Notes under the pieces: model-generated
Seen by the model: only the letters and a program-made list of their open reading frames with translations
What the model was told of the DNA's origin: nothing
Databases searched by the model: none
Shown here: positions 61,501-64,000 of the stretch, in pieces
Numbering within the stretch: the stretch's first letter is position 1
Layout of the letters: every line of letters starts with the position of its first letter
Translations under genes and position numbers: made by a program
Assembly (NCBI GenBank): GCA_043228905.1
Contig: JBHGNT010000015.1
Location: 10,540,001-10,604,000 of the forward strand
Length of the DNA: 64,000 bases
Source of the DNA: Azolla caroliniana
Taxonomy: Eukaryota; Plantae; Polypodiophyta
Direction of reading: 5' to 3'

Positions 61501-64000
61501 TAAAGACAACGAGTGGAACGAGTCGGCGCTAATTGCGGACCGGGTTTGTCCGGATACTTTCGGTGGAAATCAACAAGAAGATCCTGTGCATTGGCAACAT
61601 GCTCGACGGGTTCCCAAGTACGTTCGCTCGGACTATAACCGAGCCAATCGACCAAGTAATAAAGTTTGTTGCGAACAAGTTTGGAATCAAGGATGGCAGC
61701 AACTTCATACTCCGGGCCGGCGGTGGTGTCACACGATCGGGAATGGTGTTTGCTTTATAAGGTTCCAGAAGAGAACAATGGAAAACCGGATGTATCTGAA
61801 GCTGCGGAGGGAGATCAAGGCGGAAGGTGACATCATTAATCTTACCTGTAATACAGAAGGGACCGAGTCGTCGATAATCCAACTTGTCGCACGGTCGAGT
61901 AGTCTTGATGTGACGACGTAAGAGCCATACTCGATCTCCGATGGCAAAAGAGGAGGGAATCCGATGACGATCCGCATAAGTCTTCTGTGTGTGTTGAGCA
62001 TGACGAAGGTGAGTAGAGAGATCCATCTGGATCTTGCATAGCCTCTCCAAATGATCCTCGGCACGAGGGTTGGTAGGTAGCTCCGGAGTGTCGATCACCG
62101 ACCAGCGAGGATGGAAACCGGTATAAGCGAAAAATGGGGAGACCCGAGTCGAGGAGTGAATAACATTATTATACGCAAACTCCGTAAAGTGGAGAATCTC
62201 GGCCCAATCGTCCTGTTGATAACTCAGGAAACACCGGAGATATTGCTCCAACGTTTGGTTTGTTCGTTCCGTCTGCCCGTCAGTCTGAGGATGGTAGCCG
62301 GAGGAGAGGTTGCAGGAGACCTTGAGCATCTTGAAGAGATGCTGCCAAAATTTGGAGACAAATTGCGGGCCTCGGTCATTGATAATACTGTCTGGGAGGC
62401 CATGATGCCGAAATACCTCACGCATAACAAGAGCGACGGTTTCCTCGCTAGTGATGGCTTTAGTACACGGCACAAAATGTGCCATCTTCGTGTATCGATC
62501 GACGACAGTTAGGATAGCATCGAACCCCTTCGAGACCGGCAGATCTGTGATAAAATCAAGACAAATAGACTGCCACGGCTTACTTGGAATCGGTAAGGGT
62601 TCCAACAAGCCATATGGATGGTGTCGTGGCATCTTTGCTCGGCAGCAAGCATCACAGGTCCGAACTTAGTCGTCGACAAAACGGCGCATGTGGGGCCACC
62701 AAAAAGATCGTTGCACTAGCTCCAACGTCTTAGTACTACCGAAATGTCCCGCCGTATGGGTGTCGTGACAATGTTGGACGATTTGAAGGCGACAAGAGCA
62801 ATCGGGGACATATACGCGCTTTTTGAAGAATAACAAACCATCATGATATTCGAATTGTCGGTAGTCAATACCTGGTTGTTGAGACCGAGAACAGGATGCC
62901 CGAGAAGTATCAATGTGCGCCAGGATGTCTTGAGCAAAACTATCCGTCTTCAAGGTTGCACGTATGTCATCGGTAATCCGTGAATCCATCGAGGTGTGAA
63001 AAATCTGCGTTGTGTGCAATCGTGTTGGTCCCAAGATTACTTGCTTTTGATTATCAAATGTTGTGTCACCAGGACGAGGTGCAAGATATGAACGCCGTGA
63101 TAGTGCATCTGCTTTTCCTTGCTGCTTCCCTGATCGATATGTGATTTTGAAGTCGAAACGCGTGAGGAATTGCGCCCACCGAGCTTGCCGTCGATTTAGT
63201 ACGCGAGCGTTCTGAAAATAAGCAAGATTTTTATGATCGCTAAAGACAATGACCTGATGTGGAGAGCCCTCTAAGAAATGCCGCCATTGTACAAATGAAT
63301 CCACGATGGCTAATAACTCCTTGTCATGTATTTCGTAGTTGATTTCTGCGACATCGAATTTGCGTGAATGGAAAGCCACCGGATGCAACTCTTCTTTATC
63401 GCCTTGTTGAGAAAGGATGCTACCGAGGGCGAAATCTGATGCGTTGGCCTCCATGATGAATGGTTTGCTTGTATCCACATGAGCTAGAATCGGTGCTGAT
63501 GTAAAGGCTTTCTTAAGATGCTGAAAAGCCATATTTGCTTCTATGGACCAAAGAAATGCTTGGCCCTTCTTCGTAAGTTGTGTGAGAGGTAAAATAATCT
63601 TCGAGTAATCCTGTATAAACTTACGGTAGAAGTTAGCAAAACCTAGAAAACATTGTACATCTCGTACCGACCGTGGAATTTGCCACTCTAGTACAGTTTG
63701 GATTTTAGCTGGATCCATGGCGATGCTCTCTAAGGAGATGACGTAGCCTAGAAATTCCACTTGCTTGCAGTCAAAGCTACATTTTTCTAGCTTGGCATAA
63801 AGACCATTCTCGCGGAGTTGCTTTAGTACTAATAGTACATGAGAATCGTGCTCTTCCTGGGTCTTCGAATAAATCAATAGATCATCCAGATAAATGATCA
63901 AACAGATATCCAAGAGATCTCTGAATATATCATTTGCCATGTGTTGGAAGACTGCAGGTGCATTGGTTAGGCCAAACGGCATAACAGTATACTCGAAAGG
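61501..64000 (-). pseudogene. Gypsy pol with a premature stop (62666) and a frameshift before the chromodomain (~61716)
   Basis: ORFs 62666-63982 and 61529-62632 are in the same frame. The alternative frame gives PEYEVAAILDSKLVRNKLYYLVDWLGYSPSERTWEP (chromodomain). Confidence 0.9.

Larger units (their letters stand above)
61065..64000 (-). mobile_element. Ty3/Gypsy chromovirus 3' half: RT-RNase H-integrase-chromodomain, PPT 61492-61501, 3' LTR 61065-61488
   Basis: MPFGLTNAPAVFQ, YLDDLLIYS, EKCSF, NASDFALG, YEIHDKELLAI, HPQTDGQTER, GPF/HPVFH. LTR has TGTCA...TGACA termini. Element continues beyond the window. Confidence 0.95.

Overview
Nuclear DNA from a land plant. A non-seed plant such as a fern is inferred from the transposon repertoire and the plastid trnE variant. 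The window is mostly nested retrotransposons, with two intact host genes. (1) A 3-exon gene of unknown function (16572-17834, +) whose promoter carries a perfect ERSE-I and two UPRE motifs. (2) A 2-exon MFS glycerol-3-phosphate/phosphate permease (G3Pp/SLC37 family; 36121-34388, -). Transposons: several Ty1/Copia copies, two of them full-length and young with paired LTRs, PBS, PPT and 5-bp TSDs (25615-31092 and 49062-53839); solo LTRs; three L1 LINE remnants; a LINE with an ORF1 unlike plant L1 (RTE-X-like); and the 3' half of a chromodomain Ty3/Gypsy. There is also a plastid trnE fragment and an orphan CNGC exon. The most notable observations are: a decayed type I hammerhead ribozyme (13690-13744) in a pyrimidine-rich insert bracketed by a 330-bp direct repeat, suggesting a Penelope-like or retrozyme element; a tRNA-shaped Pol III A/B-box cassette at the end of the Gypsy LTR; and a Copia family whose Pol reads through a first PPT-like motif into a ~170-aa charged extension. 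All calls were made by eye; no database searches were run.
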